DNA of 64,000 nucleotides from Pseudomonadota bacterium (GTDB lineage Bacteria; Pseudomonadota; Gammaproteobacteria; Burkholderiales; Burkholderiaceae_C): NCBI GenBank assembly GCA_040388905.1, contig JAZKAY010000002.1, positions 188,054 to 252,053 of the forward strand, read 5' to 3'. Shown piece by piece: positions 54,743 to 64,000 of this stretch (position 1 is its first letter; each line of letters starts with the position of its first letter). The notes under the pieces were generated by a model. It saw only the letters and a program-made list of their open reading frames with translations, ran no database searches and was not told where the DNA came from. The position numbers and the translations under genes were made by a program.

Positions 54743-56010
54743 GGTTTGGCCTGCGCGCCTGAAGCCGTCGTCATGGGGGCAGCAGTTGCTACTGCTGATG
54801 CGGTTTTTGCCGATGCCTCCGCAGCTTTCTTGTCAGTACCTGCTACAGGCCGCGCATCTTCCTGCGCAGTGCGAAACTCCCGTGCCAGCAGCAGCATGTT
54901 CTCGCTGACCACCTGCTCACCGGCTTCAAGGCCGCGCGACACCACGGTCTCACGCGGGCCCTGGTAGCTCACCGTGATTTCACGCGTTTCAAACACGCCG
55001 GGCTGCACCTGTACCAGCACCGTGTGTCTGGCGCCCAGCAGCGACACTGCCTGCGAGGGAATGACCACGCCGGGCCCGATGATGCGTTCTATGCGGGCAG
55101 TTGCCAGCATCTCTGCCTTGAGCAGGCGGTCCGGGTTGGCGACCACGCCCCTGACCTTGATGGTTCGTGTGGCAGGGTCAATGAAATCGGAAGCGGCGGC
55201 GACGCGGCCCTCAAACTTCTGGCCCGGCAGCGTCGGAATGATCAGCTCAAACGTCGAGCCCGGCTTGAGTGTGCCGATTTCAGATTCGCGTGCGTCAATC
55301 TGTACCCACAGTGAGGTCGGGTCGGTGACCACAAAAAGCGCAGGCACGCCGGGGCCGGACTGGTCGGGCCGTACTTCCTGCCCGGGGTTGAGGTTGCGCT
55401 CGACCACCATGCCGTTGATGCTGCTCATGAGCGACAGCTGCTGGTTGACACTGGCGCCGCTGGCACCGCCGCCATACAGGCGGGTACGCGCTTCGGCACG
55501 CTGGATCTCGGCCTGCGAACGGGCGGCATCGGCCTCGGCCACATCCAGGTCCTTGCGCGCGATGATGCCGGCCTCGAACAGTTCGCGTTGACGCTGCACC
55601 GTTTTTTTCGACAGTTGTGCATCAGCCATGGCCTTGACGGTGTCGGCCTGCGCGATGCCGTAGTCGGGTGATGAGAGTTGCGCCAGCAGCGTGCCGGGCC
55701 TGACCGCCTGGCCCACATCGGCCCTGATGGCCATGACACGGCCGGCGAACGCGGGGTAGATGCGCTGTGTGCGCTCTTCGTTCCAGACCAGGCGCGCCGG
55801 CAGGTCTACCGTGATGGCCTTGCCGGGCGCGGCGCTTGCTATCCCGAGCAATGCGAGTTGCGGGTGCCCGGGGGCAAAACGCAATTGGGAGCCCTGCAGT
55901 ATGGGGGCTGGTGCTTCGGGCGGTGGGGCGGGGGCGTCATTGCAGCCCGCGAGCAGCAACGCGGCCAGCAGGGCACCGGCAGTCAGGGTATGGGGAAGAG
56001 TGCGGTTCAC
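54739..56010 (-). CDS. efflux RND periplasmic adaptor subunit (CzcB/CusB-like)
   Basis: ORF 54739-56163. The start is probably GTG 56010 (VNRTLPHTLTAGALLAALLLAGC, a lipoprotein-type signal), which avoids overlapping the upstream gene. 4-nt overlap with the RND pump. Confidence 0.85.
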   Translation of the reverse strand: MNRTLPHTLTAGALLAALLLAGCNDAPAPPPEAPAPILQGSQLRFAPGHPQLALLGIASAAPGKAITVDLPARLVWNEERTQRIYPAFAGRVMAIRADVGQAVRPGTLLAQLSSPDYGIAQADTVKAMADAQLSKKTVQRQRELFEAGIIARKDLDVAEADAARSQAEIQRAEARTRLYGGGASGASVNQQLSLMSSINGMVVERNLNPGQEVRPDQSGPGVPALFVVTDPTSLWVQIDARESEIGTLKPGSTFELIIPTLPGQKFEGRVAAASDFIDPATRTIKVRGVVANPDRLLKAEMLATARIERIIGPGVVIPSQAVSLLGARHTVLVQVQPGVFETREITVSYQGPRETVVSRGLEAGEQVVSENMLLLAREFRTAQEDARPVAGTDKKAAEASAKTASAVATAAPMTTASGAQAKP

Positions 56011-56083
56011 GATGTTTCCAGAAGATGTGTACGTAGGGATCTGTTGTCGGGCGGCATGGCCGGGTGGCTGGCTGGTGTGGCGG

Positions 56084-57418
56084 TCAGGGCTGGCGCTGTT
56101 CCTGACGCAGTTGCCAGGCCTGCACGGCCTTGGCGTGCTCGGTTCGGGCAGCCAGGTCTTCAATCAGGATGGTGCGCAGGGTGCGGCGCGCATCTATCAG
56201 TTCTGTGAGTGACATGGCGCCCTTGCTGTAGGCCAGTTCGGCCATCTCGGCGACCTTGCGTGCGCGCGGAAGAATGGTGTTCTCATAGCTCCAGGCGCGT
56301 GCGCCTGTGCCCCGCCTGTCCTGCTGCAGGCGCTGCAGTTCGGTGGCCGCATTGCGGCGTGTCCTGTCGAGGATGTCCTGCGCCTGGTCCAGCTGGGCCT
56401 GCGCTTTGGCGATTTCGCCCTGGAAGTTGTAGCCACCCAGCAGGCCGTAAAGCGGCATCTGCAGCCGCAGTTCCAGCTGCCTGGTCGAGGTGCCCGGAAA
56501 GTGGTCAAACGATGCGCCCACGGTCACATCTGCCTTCTTCTGTGCAGAGGCCACGTCCAGTGCTGCGCGTGCCGCTTCAACACGTTGCAGTGCTGCGCGC
56601 ACGTCGGGTCGGCTTTCCACTGAGGGATAAATCATCCCGGCGTCACCGTCACCGGCATCGGCCTTTGCCGCCGCCGGCCAGTCGGGTTGGGCGACCAGCG
56701 TGCCCGCGCCCGTGAAACCCGTCAGTTGCGCAAGCGCCAGCGCAGCACGCTGGCGGTCCAGCCGTGCAGACAGCAGGTCGGTGCTTGCACGCTGGGCTTC
56801 AATCTCGATGCGGGCAGCGTCCTGTGCCGCCAGGTCACCAGCCTGCACACGACGGTTGGCGGTGTTGGCCAGCTGTGTGGCGCTGCGCGATATCTCGCCA
56901 ACCTGGCCTATGCGCTCCTGTGCGGCCAGCAGGTCAAAGTAGGCAAAGGCCGTGGCCTGCTGCTGCTGCACAAGCATGTCTTCGATGTCGGCCTGCGCTG
57001 CTGCCGCGTTGCTTTGCGCTGCCTGTGTACGCAGCTCGCGCTTGTTGCCGCGTTCCCAGGTCCAGTCCATTCCCAGTGACTTGTCGATGCGCTTGTCGCG
57101 AAACAGGTTGCCGCCGCCTATGCCGCGCTGCAGGTCCATCTGCGAAGCCTTTGTTGTCAACACGGGTGCAGGGGCGTGATCAGCTGCGGCAATATCGCCC
57201 TGGGCCGCGGCCAGTGCACGACGGGCCAGTGACACGTCAAGATTGTTGCGTGCGGCCTGCAGGGCCTGCGCCAGCGTCATGGTGGTGCTGGCCGCCGATG
57301 GCGAAGGCGCGGCAGCGGGCATGGCAGCACCCTGCGTCATCCCCGGCGCCGTGCCTTGGGAATGGGCCGGCAATACCGCCGCCAGGCTTGCTGCAAGAAG
57401 GAATTGTCGTATGCTCAT
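56084..57418 (-). CDS. TolC/CzcC-family outer-membrane efflux protein
   Basis: 444 aa. Signal MSIRQFLLAASLAAVLPAHS. Two OEP repeats. First gene of the CBA operon. Confidence 0.88.
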   Translation of the reverse strand: MSIRQFLLAASLAAVLPAHSQGTAPGMTQGAAMPAAAPSPSAASTTMTLAQALQAARNNLDVSLARRALAAAQGDIAAADHAPAPVLTTKASQMDLQRGIGGGNLFRDKRIDKSLGMDWTWERGNKRELRTQAAQSNAAAAQADIEDMLVQQQQATAFAYFDLLAAQERIGQVGEISRSATQLANTANRRVQAGDLAAQDAARIEIEAQRASTDLLSARLDRQRAALALAQLTGFTGAGTLVAQPDWPAAAKADAGDGDAGMIYPSVESRPDVRAALQRVEAARAALDVASAQKKADVTVGASFDHFPGTSTRQLELRLQMPLYGLLGGYNFQGEIAKAQAQLDQAQDILDRTRRNAATELQRLQQDRRGTGARAWSYENTILPRARKVAEMAELAYSKGAMSLTELIDARRTLRTILIEDLAARTEHAKAVQAWQLRQEQRQP

Positions 57419-57442
57419 ACAGGCGTTTATCGCCTGCAGGGG

Positions 57443-57485
57443 CTGACCTGCAACTGACCTGACAGCTTGGTATTTCTACGTAGAA
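57443..57485. promoter_or_regulatory. direct repeat CTGACCTG-N3-CTGACCTG plus palindrome TTCTACGTAGAA in the efflux / two-component divergent spacer
   Basis: Exact 8-mers at 57443-57450 and 57454-57461 (11-bp period). A perfect 12-nt palindrome lies at 57474-57485. Confidence 0.4.
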
Positions 57486-57537
57486 CCGCAGACTGGCGCC
57501 ACGTGGAAAGCACCGGGCACCCGGAGATACCGACCTC

Positions 57538-58230
57538 ATGCGAATCCTTCTGGTTGAAGACGATGCCGTGCTCCGCAACGTGATGTTGCGCAGCCTGGTC
57601 GATGCCGGCCACCGTGTGGATGTAGCCACCACCATGGACGAGGCACGCCACTGGTGGCGCGTGCAGGCCTACGACTCGGTCCTGCTGGATCTCAACCTGC
57701 CGGTTTCGCACCAGGAGCGCAGCGGCATGGGCAACGGCCTGACGGTGCTGCGCGAAGCCCGCGCACGCGGTGACCGTACCCCCGTGCTGGTGCTCACGGC
57801 GCGCGACCGCACTGAAGAACGCATCGCAGGGCTTGATGCCGGCGCAGATGATTACCTCGGCAAACCGTTTGACCTGGCCGAGGTAGAGGCACGCCTGCGC
57901 GCACTGGTGCGGCGTGTGCATGGAACGGACGACCGTGTCGAGCAGGGCCTGCTGGCGCTGGACCGCAAGGCGCGCCGGTTTTTTCTGCAGGGCCAGTCAT
58001 GGGACCTGCCCGCGCGCGAGTTTGAGGTGTTGTGGGAACTCATGACACCGCCGGGCCGCGTCGTCAGCAAGCGTGTGCTGTCTGAAAAACTCTCGGAGAC
58101 CGACGGCGCGCTGGGTGACAACGCGCTTGAGGCGTTTATCTCGCGCCTGCGCAAAAAGCTGGCGGGCAGTGGCGTCAGCATACGCACGCTGCGCGGCCTG
58201 GGTTATGTGCTTGAGGAAGATGCCTCGTGA
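57538..58230 (+). CDS. OmpR/PhoB-family response regulator
   Basis: MRILLVEDD..., DLNLP, and a winged-helix C-terminus (LPAREFEVLWELM...IRTLRGLGYVL). Confidence 0.92.
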   Translation: MRILLVEDDAVLRNVMLRSLVDAGHRVDVATTMDEARHWWRVQAYDSVLLDLNLPVSHQERSGMGNGLTVLREARARGDRTPVLVLTARDRTEERIAGLDAGADDYLGKPFDLAEVEARLRALVRRVHGTDDRVEQGLLALDRKARRFFLQGQSWDLPAREFEVLWELMTPPGRVVSKRVLSEKLSETDGALGDNALEAFISRLRKKLAGSGVSIRTLRGLGYVLEEDAS

Positions 58231-59651
58231 GTGATTCGGCGGTGGCTGAAAAGTCATCCCCAAGGCGCCGGGCAAAACCGTCATTGAGAAGCCGGCTGAC
58301 GCGGCACGTTGTGTTGCCGCTGGTGTTGATGTGGGCGCTGGGCACGACCGTGGCACTGTCGGTCGCCAACTACTTCACCGGCCAGGCCTTTGACCGTTCC
58401 ATGCTTGACGATGCCTATGCCGTCGCAGCGAATGTGCGCGCCAGCGTCGACGGCCCCTCGCTCAACCTGTCACCCCGCGAACTGGGCGCACTGCTCTTCG
58501 ACCAGAGCGAATCCAATTATTTTGCTGTGCTCAAGCCCGATGGCGAACTGGTCGCGGGCCATGCCGGCCTGCGCCCACCGGCTCTGGCCGCAGACGCCAA
58601 TTATGGTTTCTCAGACATACAGTTTCAGGGCCGCGCGCTGCGGGTGGTCAGCCTGCGGCGCACTGACCCTGTCGAGTTCACCGTCGTGATGGGCCAGACC
58701 TCGGCCAGCCGCAGCAGCCTGCTGCACCGCATGCTGGCCTATGCCGTGGTGCCGCAGGTATTGCTGCTGCTGCTGCTGGGCTGGTGGCTGCTGCGCGTGA
58801 TACAGCGCGACCTCAAACCGCTGGCCGAACTGCAGCGCGCCGTAGACCGCCGCGACGCACGCGACCTCACGCCCGTACCGCCTTCGGCCACCACCTTTGC
58901 CAGCACCCGCGATGTCGAGCGCCTGGGACTGGCTGTCAATTCCATGCTCGCGCGGCTTGATGAAAGCATCAGCGCCCAGCGCGAATTCGCCGGCAATGTG
59001 GCACACGAGTTGCGCACACCGCTGGCGGGCATACGGGCGCAGGCCGGGTACGCACTGGCCCATGCCGACCCCCAGGTCTGGCGCGAGCAGCTGCAGGGCA
59101 TCATCCACGGCGAAGCCAGGGCCAGCCACATGGTCGAGCAGCTGCTGGCGCTTGCACTGGCCGACGAAGCACGTGCAGGCCTGCGGCTGGAGCCTGTTGC
59201 GCTCAACGGGCTTGCACGCAGCGTACTGCTGCGCTACATGCCCAAGGCTGATGCCGCCGGGGTAGACCTGGGTGGCGAAGGCCTGGACGAAGCCGTGATG
59301 GTGCAGGCCGATGCAGCCTTGCTGGAAGGCATTCTCGGCAACCTGCTCGACAATGCCCTGCGTTACGGCAAGGCCAGGCAACCGCGTGTCACGGTCACCG
59401 TGTCACGCGAAGGTGGCGATGCGGTGCTCTCTGTGACAGACAACGGCCCGGGCATCAGCGAGCAGGACGCTGGCCAGTTGTGCAACCGCTGGACGCTGGG
59501 GCCTGCCGGCCAACGGCTTGGTGAAGGTGCCGGACTTGGTCTGGCGATTGTGAGCCGGTATGCAGAGTTGCTGGATGCGCGCTTCACGCTCGATTCAGTT
59601 GAGGGCGAGCCGGGGCTCAGGGCGAGCGTGCGGTTTGAAGTCCGCAAATAA
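58227..59651 (+). CDS. sensor histidine kinase (two TM, HAMP, HisKA, HATPase)
   Basis: 4-nt overlap with the regulator. H-box NVAHELRTPLAGI, N-box LLDNALRYG, G-boxes DNGPGI and GLGLAIV. Confidence 0.9.
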   Translation: MSDSAVAEKSSPRRRAKPSLRSRLTRHVVLPLVLMWALGTTVALSVANYFTGQAFDRSMLDDAYAVAANVRASVDGPSLNLSPRELGALLFDQSESNYFAVLKPDGELVAGHAGLRPPALAADANYGFSDIQFQGRALRVVSLRRTDPVEFTVVMGQTSASRSSLLHRMLAYAVVPQVLLLLLLGWWLLRVIQRDLKPLAELQRAVDRRDARDLTPVPPSATTFASTRDVERLGLAVNSMLARLDESISAQREFAGNVAHELRTPLAGIRAQAGYALAHADPQVWREQLQGIIHGEARASHMVEQLLALALADEARAGLRLEPVALNGLARSVLLRYMPKADAAGVDLGGEGLDEAVMVQADAALLEGILGNLLDNALRYGKARQPRVTVTVSREGGDAVLSVTDNGPGISEQDAGQLCNRWTLGPAGQRLGEGAGLGLAIVSRYAELLDARFTLDSVEGEPGLRASVRFEVRK

Positions 59652-59787
59652 AAAGCTTGCGCGGCCTGGCAGGTCGGCCATCGGCCTTCGGGCAGGTCGT
59701 CGCCTGTCGTTGTCCTGACATAAAGCACACTTAAACTTCCATGCTTTTGGCCCTGAAAAAAACAGGGTCTGTGCCGCCCCCGATGCC

Positions 59788-61137
59788 ATGAAGCCCTCTT
59801 TCCGTTGTCTGCCACTGCGCGCTGCAATCCTGCCCTTGCTGCTGCCGCTCACCGCCCTGGCTCAGGGCGATGCAGAACCCACCCCCGCTTTCGGCTTTCA
59901 TGCGCAAGCCACCTACATCTGGCAACGCAAGCCATCTTTCAGCGCGGCATACACCGGCCCGAAATCGCTGATTCCCGGCGCAGAAAAATCCTATTCGTTC
60001 ACTACTACGGCTGACTTTGGCGCGCGTTTGTGGGATGGCGCGCAGCTGCACTTCAATCCCGAGGGTGCGCAGGGTGTGCCGCTATCAAACCTCACGGGCT
60101 CAGGTGGTCTGAGCAATGGCGAGCTGCAACGCGGCAGTGCGACAAACCTCAAGACATACATTGGACGCCTCTTCATACAACAGCGTTTTGATCTCGGTAA
60201 CGAGACTGAAAAGGTCGATGCCGACTTCAATGAACTGGGTGGCAACTACGGTGCCCGGCGCTGGACGATGACTGCTGGCTCGTTTTCACTGCTCGACTAT
60301 TTCGACAACAACCCCTACGCCAAGGACCCGCGCGAGCAGTTTCTCAACTGGTCGTTCATGACACATGGCGCGTGGGACTACCCGGCCGATGCACGCGGCT
60401 ACACCACGGGCGCCATCATTGAATACCGTACGCCGGCATGGTCCATACGCGCCGGCCGCGCCATGCAGCCGAGGGAAAGCAACGGCTTGCCGCTGGACCG
60501 CAGTCTCACGCGCCAGTACGGCGACCAGATTGAGCTTGATGGCAACCTGCCGGTGGCGCTGCCGGCGGGTGCGATGCGCGGCCGGCTGCTGCTGTTTCGC
60601 AACCGCATCATCGCGGGCAGCTTCAATGATGCACTGGCGCTGGGCGGCGTACCGGATGTGTCGATGGTTCGCCGCGCCCAGACCAAGACCGGCTGGGGCG
60701 CGACGCTGGAGGCTCCGCTGGGTGATGACGCCGGCCTGTTTGTTCGCGCCAGCAGCAACAGCGGCAATCTTGAAACCTATGCTTTCACGGAAATCGACCG
60801 CCAGCTTTCAATGGGCGGCCAGTTCACTGGCAAGGCATGGGGCCGCACGCAAGACCGCGTGGGCGTGGCCTATGCAGTCAATGGTTTGTCTGCCGGCCAC
60901 CGCAACTATCTTGCAGCGGGTGGCCAGGGCGCGTTTCTTGGCGATGGCAGGCTCAACTATGGCACCGAGCGCATATTTGAAACCTGGTACCGCTGGGCGC
61001 TGCCCGAATGGTCCATGCGCGCAGGCAAGCTGTCGTCCGCCATCAGCCTCGGTCTGCAGCACATCACCAACCCGGGCTACAACCGCGACCGGGGTCCGGT
61101 ACAGGTGTTCAGCGTGCGGCTGCACACGGAGTTCTAG
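59788..61137 (+). CDS. carbohydrate-selective porin, OprB family
   Basis: Signal ...LLPLTALAQG; beta-barrel pattern with FLNWSFMTHGAWDYPADARGYTTGA; terminal ...VRLHTEF. Confidence 0.85.
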   Translation: MKPSFRCLPLRAAILPLLLPLTALAQGDAEPTPAFGFHAQATYIWQRKPSFSAAYTGPKSLIPGAEKSYSFTTTADFGARLWDGAQLHFNPEGAQGVPLSNLTGSGGLSNGELQRGSATNLKTYIGRLFIQQRFDLGNETEKVDADFNELGGNYGARRWTMTAGSFSLLDYFDNNPYAKDPREQFLNWSFMTHGAWDYPADARGYTTGAIIEYRTPAWSIRAGRAMQPRESNGLPLDRSLTRQYGDQIELDGNLPVALPAGAMRGRLLLFRNRIIAGSFNDALALGGVPDVSMVRRAQTKTGWGATLEAPLGDDAGLFVRASSNSGNLETYAFTEIDRQLSMGGQFTGKAWGRTQDRVGVAYAVNGLSAGHRNYLAAGGQGAFLGDGRLNYGTERIFETWYRWALPEWSMRAGKLSSAISLGLQHITNPGYNRDRGPVQVFSVRLHTEF

Positions 61138-61222
61138 GCCGCCGTACTTACTCTTGACCTGCATCAAGGTGTGCCGGGCCGCAGCGTGGGATGCTGCAGC
61201 ATCTACTTTGCCGGAGTCCGTC

Positions 61223-61837
61223 ATGTCCCACACCACCCTGTCCATCATCCGTGATGAGCATGCCTCGCTGTCTGCCATGCTCAGGTCCATGCTCATGCTG
61301 ATGACGCGAGGCCCCGGTGACGAGCACGACACGTTTTTCGACGTGCTGCGCGCCATGCTGTTTTACATTGACGAGTTTCCGGAGAAGCAGCACCACCCGA
61401 AAGAGTCAGACCTGCTGTTTCCGAAAGTTGTGCGCGTGGCACCAGAAACCATGGCGACGGTCGAGCGGCTTGAGCGTGAGCACATGAATGGCGAAATAGC
61501 CGTTCGCGACCTGCAGCACCTGCTGCTGGCCTGGGAACTGCTGGGTGATGCGCGCCGGCCGGCGTTTGAAGAGGCGGCGCGCCGGTACGTCACCTTTTAT
61601 CTTGAGCACATGCGACTTGAAGAAGCCGTCATCCTGCCAGCCGCCGACAAGGGGCTGGATGCGGCAGACTGGCTTGAACTGGACGCCGCATTCGGCATCA
61701 ACCGCGACCCCCTCAAACCTGGCGGCGTGCAGGACCCCTGCTATGACAGGCTGTTCTCGCGCATTGTGTTGAATGCCCCTGCACCCATAGGGCTGGGGCC
61801 TTCAGGCAACGAGAGGCGTCACGCCATCGTCGGGTAG
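61223..61837 (+). CDS. hemerythrin domain-containing protein
   Basis: Only the last 204 codons of ORF 60365-61837 are used, starting at ATG 61223 (GGAG 7 nt upstream). His/Glu ligand pattern (IIRDEHASL, EKQHHPKESD, LEREHMNGE, LEHMRLEEA). Confidence 0.8.
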   Translation: MSHTTLSIIRDEHASLSAMLRSMLMLMTRGPGDEHDTFFDVLRAMLFYIDEFPEKQHHPKESDLLFPKVVRVAPETMATVERLEREHMNGEIAVRDLQHLLLAWELLGDARRPAFEEAARRYVTFYLEHMRLEEAVILPAADKGLDAADWLELDAAFGINRDPLKPGGVQDPCYDRLFSRIVLNAPAPIGLGPSGNERRHAIVG

Positions 61838-62922
61838 TCGGTGTAGCCCCTGGCGCCGCCGCCGTAGAAGGTGCTCTTGTCTGGCGCATTGAGCGCCGCG
61901 CCTGCCTTGAGGCGGGCAGGCAGGTCGGGGTTGGCCAGGAAGGGTACGCCGAAAGCGACCAGGTCGGCACCATCAGCCACGGCTTTTTCAGCCAGTGCCT
62001 TGTCGTAGCCGTTGTTGACCATCCACGCGCCCTTGCCGCCTGCGGTGCGGTAAGCGGCCTTCAGGGCCTTGTAATCGAACGGGCGGTCAGCAATTTCGCG
62101 CGGGCCGCCGGTCGCGCCTTCGATGATGTGGATGTAGGCCAGGTTCAGGGTCGCCAGGTGCTTGACCACGTATTCAAACAGCGGCTGCGGATCAGCGTCA
62201 TGCGCATCGTTGGCGGGCGTGACGGGCGACAGGCGTATACCGGTGCGGCCGCCGCCAATCGCGTCGGTCACGGCGCGTGTCACTTCAAGCAGCAGGCGGG
62301 CGCGGTTTTTAATGCTGCCGCCATAGTCGTCTTCTCGTTTGTTGGAGTCACTGCGCAAAAACTGGTCCAGCAGGTAGCCGTTGGCGCCATGAATTTCAAC
62401 GCCGTCAAAACCGGCCGTGTCGACCGCATTGCGCGCAGCAGCCTGGTAGGTGTGCACGATGCCGGGCAGCTCTTCAAGCTTCAGGGCGCGCGGCTCCGAG
62501 GTTTCGACAAACACGGCCTTGCCGTCCTTGATCAGCACCGTTTTGGTTTTGGCCGTGATGGCCGATGGCGCCACCGGCTTGCCGCCGTCGGGTTGGAGTT
62601 CGGTGTGCGACACGCGGCCCACATGCCAGAGCTGCACCACGATCTTGCCGCCGGCCTCATGCACGGCGTGGGTGACTTTTTTCCAGCTGTCGAGCTGCTC
62701 GGTGCCGTAGAGGCCGGGCACATCGGCATAACCCTGGCCCTGGTGGCTGATGGCGGTCGCCTCGGTGATCAGCAGGCCCGCGCTGGCGCGCTGCGCGTAG
62801 TAGGTCTGGGCGATGTCGGGCGGGATGGCGTTGGGCGAGCGATTGCGCGTGAGTGGCGCCATGACAATGCGGTTGGCAAGCTCAAGGTCGCCAGCTTTGT
62901 TGGTGTCAAACAGGGTATTCAT
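61819..62922 (-). CDS. Old Yellow Enzyme family NADH:flavin oxidoreductase / alkene (N-ethylmaleimide-type) reductase
   Basis: Colinear with NemA-type OYEs (MAPLTRNRS, QLWHVGRVSH, EIHGANGYLLDQFL, FYGGGARGYTDYP). Confidence 0.92.
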   Translation of the reverse strand: MNTLFDTNKAGDLELANRIVMAPLTRNRSPNAIPPDIAQTYYAQRASAGLLITEATAISHQGQGYADVPGLYGTEQLDSWKKVTHAVHEAGGKIVVQLWHVGRVSHTELQPDGGKPVAPSAITAKTKTVLIKDGKAVFVETSEPRALKLEELPGIVHTYQAAARNAVDTAGFDGVEIHGANGYLLDQFLRSDSNKREDDYGGSIKNRARLLLEVTRAVTDAIGGGRTGIRLSPVTPANDAHDADPQPLFEYVVKHLATLNLAYIHIIEGATGGPREIADRPFDYKALKAAYRTAGGKGAWMVNNGYDKALAEKAVADGADLVAFGVPFLANPDLPARLKAGAALNAPDKSTFYGGGARGYTDYPTMA

Positions 62923-63058
62923 GAAGGGGGTCCGTAAATCGGTAAAGAGTCAGGCAGTGTGGACCAATCCTGATTCACCTGTGCAAGACAGACTGCTGGA
63001 TTTGTGTCAGCCCGGCAATCCGGCCCCTTCTGTTGCACCTCGAAATGCTATATTTTCA

Positions 63059-63246
63059 GTAGCTGCTCACGCGCGTATTTATTGGTCTGCAGCCGATTTG
63101 TGCCTCAAAAATGGCACTTTTCAGGCTGTTTTCAGGCCAAAAAGCCTGGGAAAAGACTTTCAAACGGCCAAATGTTAATACTCATATTAACTTTTGGCTT
63201 ATTTTTAACGTGTACGTTAAATTTTTGCGGTACACGTTAAAAAAGA
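63059..63246 (+). repeat. intergenic repeat family, copy C (core plus AT-rich module)
   Basis: The core 63059-63137 aligns with copies A and B. The AT-rich module 63171-63246 is colinear with 28750-28826 and includes the palindrome TTAACGTGTACGTTAA (63205-63220). Confidence 0.8.
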
Positions 63247-63378
63247 AATTCCCCCGCCCTCATTGCGGACCTGATCCGCAATCCATGACCCCGAATTCTT
63301 TCAAGCGGGGTGCGGGAAGTCATGAATCCCGGATCGAGTCCGGGATGACCAAGCGGGGGGTGTGCGGGATTCGGGCGC

Positions 63379-63984
63379 CTACTTCAGCAAACCTTCATGC
63401 CTGAGCGCGGCCTGCACGGCCGGGCGGGCCATCATGCGCTCGCGAAAAGCGGTGATGTTGGCAAAACCCGTGATGTCTACACCCACACGCGGCGCCCAGC
63501 CGGTGACGGTGAAGAGGTAGGGGTCAGCCACGCTGAAGTCGCCCATCAGGTACTGCTTGCCGGCCAGCTCGCCGTCCACCCACTTCAGGCGCGAAAGCAG
63601 CTTGTCGGCGGTGATCTTCTTGAACTCTTCCGGCGTGGCAGGGTTGAACAGCGGGCCAAAGCCCTTGTGCAGCTCGGTGCCTATGAAGTTGAGCCAGGAC
63701 TGCAGCTGGGCTCTGGCAATCGTGCCGTTGGGCGGGGCCAGCTTTTTCTCGGGTACCTGGTCGGCGATGTATTGCACGATGGCCGGGCCTTCGCGCAGGC
63801 GGGTGCCGTCGTCCAGCTCCAGCAGGGGCACATAACCCAGCGGGTTGATGGTGTAGTAATCGGTGCCGTCATCAAGCTTGTGGGTCTTGGTAGGCGCAGC
63901 AAGGTGTTCAAACTTCAGGCCCGACTCATGCAGCGTGATGTGCGGGGAAAGTGAACAGGCGCCGGGGGAGTAATACAGCTTCAT
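63379..63984 (-). CDS. gstA: glutathione S-transferase (beta class, GstA-like)
   Basis: MKLYYSPGACSLSPHITLHESGL... is colinear with E. coli GstA as I recall it ([22 protein letters not shown]...). 201 aa. Confidence 0.9.
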   Translation of the reverse strand: MKLYYSPGACSLSPHITLHESGLKFEHLAAPTKTHKLDDGTDYYTINPLGYVPLLELDDGTRLREGPAIVQYIADQVPEKKLAPPNGTIARAQLQSWLNFIGTELHKGFGPLFNPATPEEFKKITADKLLSRLKWVDGELAGKQYLMGDFSVADPYLFTVTGWAPRVGVDITGFANITAFRERMMARPAVQAALRHEGLLK

Positions 63985-64000
63985 GGTTTGTCCTTGATCG

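Noticed and set aside
60365-61222. N-terminal 286 codons of the 490-aa ORF 60365-61837, overlapping the OprB porin gene out of frame
   Set aside because: This part is Arg/Ala/Cys-rich nonsense lying inside a well-supported porin gene. Only the part from ATG 61223 (with an SD) has hemerythrin motifs.
61819-61837. 19-nt convergent overlap of the hemerythrin and OYE reductase 3' ends as a possible antisense regulatory feature
   Set aside because: Short tail-to-tail overlaps are common in compact GC-rich genomes. Nothing else in the sequence suggests a special function.
63112-63127. Sigma-54-like element TGGCAC-N5-(A)GGCT inside repeat copy C
   Set aside because: The GG-N10-GC spacing is right only in copy C. 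It is off by one in copy A, and the TGGCAC is absent in copy B. The -12 region lacks TTGC, and no gene lies downstream on that strand.

Overview
This is a 64-kb GC-rich chromosomal segment. It reads like a Comamonadaceae-type betaproteobacterium (several Bug/TctC-type binding proteins, CTGT-N8-ACAG SOS boxes); the taxon is inference only. I support about 60 protein genes, and found no rRNA, tRNA or CRISPR. In order, the window holds: (1) a Liv-type ABC importer and Bug binding proteins next to a gamma-resorcylate decarboxylase and a two-component flavin hydroxylase with a MarR regulator; (2) a MipA-family outer-membrane protein with an extra C-terminal domain; (3) nudix-mnmA, split by a 266-bp MITE-like element; (4) lysR/mmsA, pntAA-AB-B, fadD, mtnN, corA and a patatin-like lipase; (5) an operon preceded by two LexA boxes that encodes a radical-SAM/HhH protein and a DUF4130 protein fused to a UdgX-type (KRRIH) uracil-DNA-glycosylase domain; (6) an E. 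coli-like ybhP-clsB-ybhN operon; (7) small low-complexity periplasmic proteins and a Spy/CpxP-like protein; (8) a TPP riboswitch with thiC-thiO-thiS-thiG-thiE; (9) a NarL-type regulator and 7TMR-DISM kinase followed by a compact six-gene operon of uncharacterised exported and membrane proteins; (10) a CzcCBA-type efflux system with a divergent OmpR-type two-component pair; (11) an OprB porin, a hemerythrin, an OYE reductase and a GST. The best candidates for something new are the SOS-controlled rSAM/DUF4130-UdgX cassette, the six-gene exported-protein operon, and a ~190-nt composite intergenic repeat family (three copies). All family assignments come from reading the translations and from memory. 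No searches were run.
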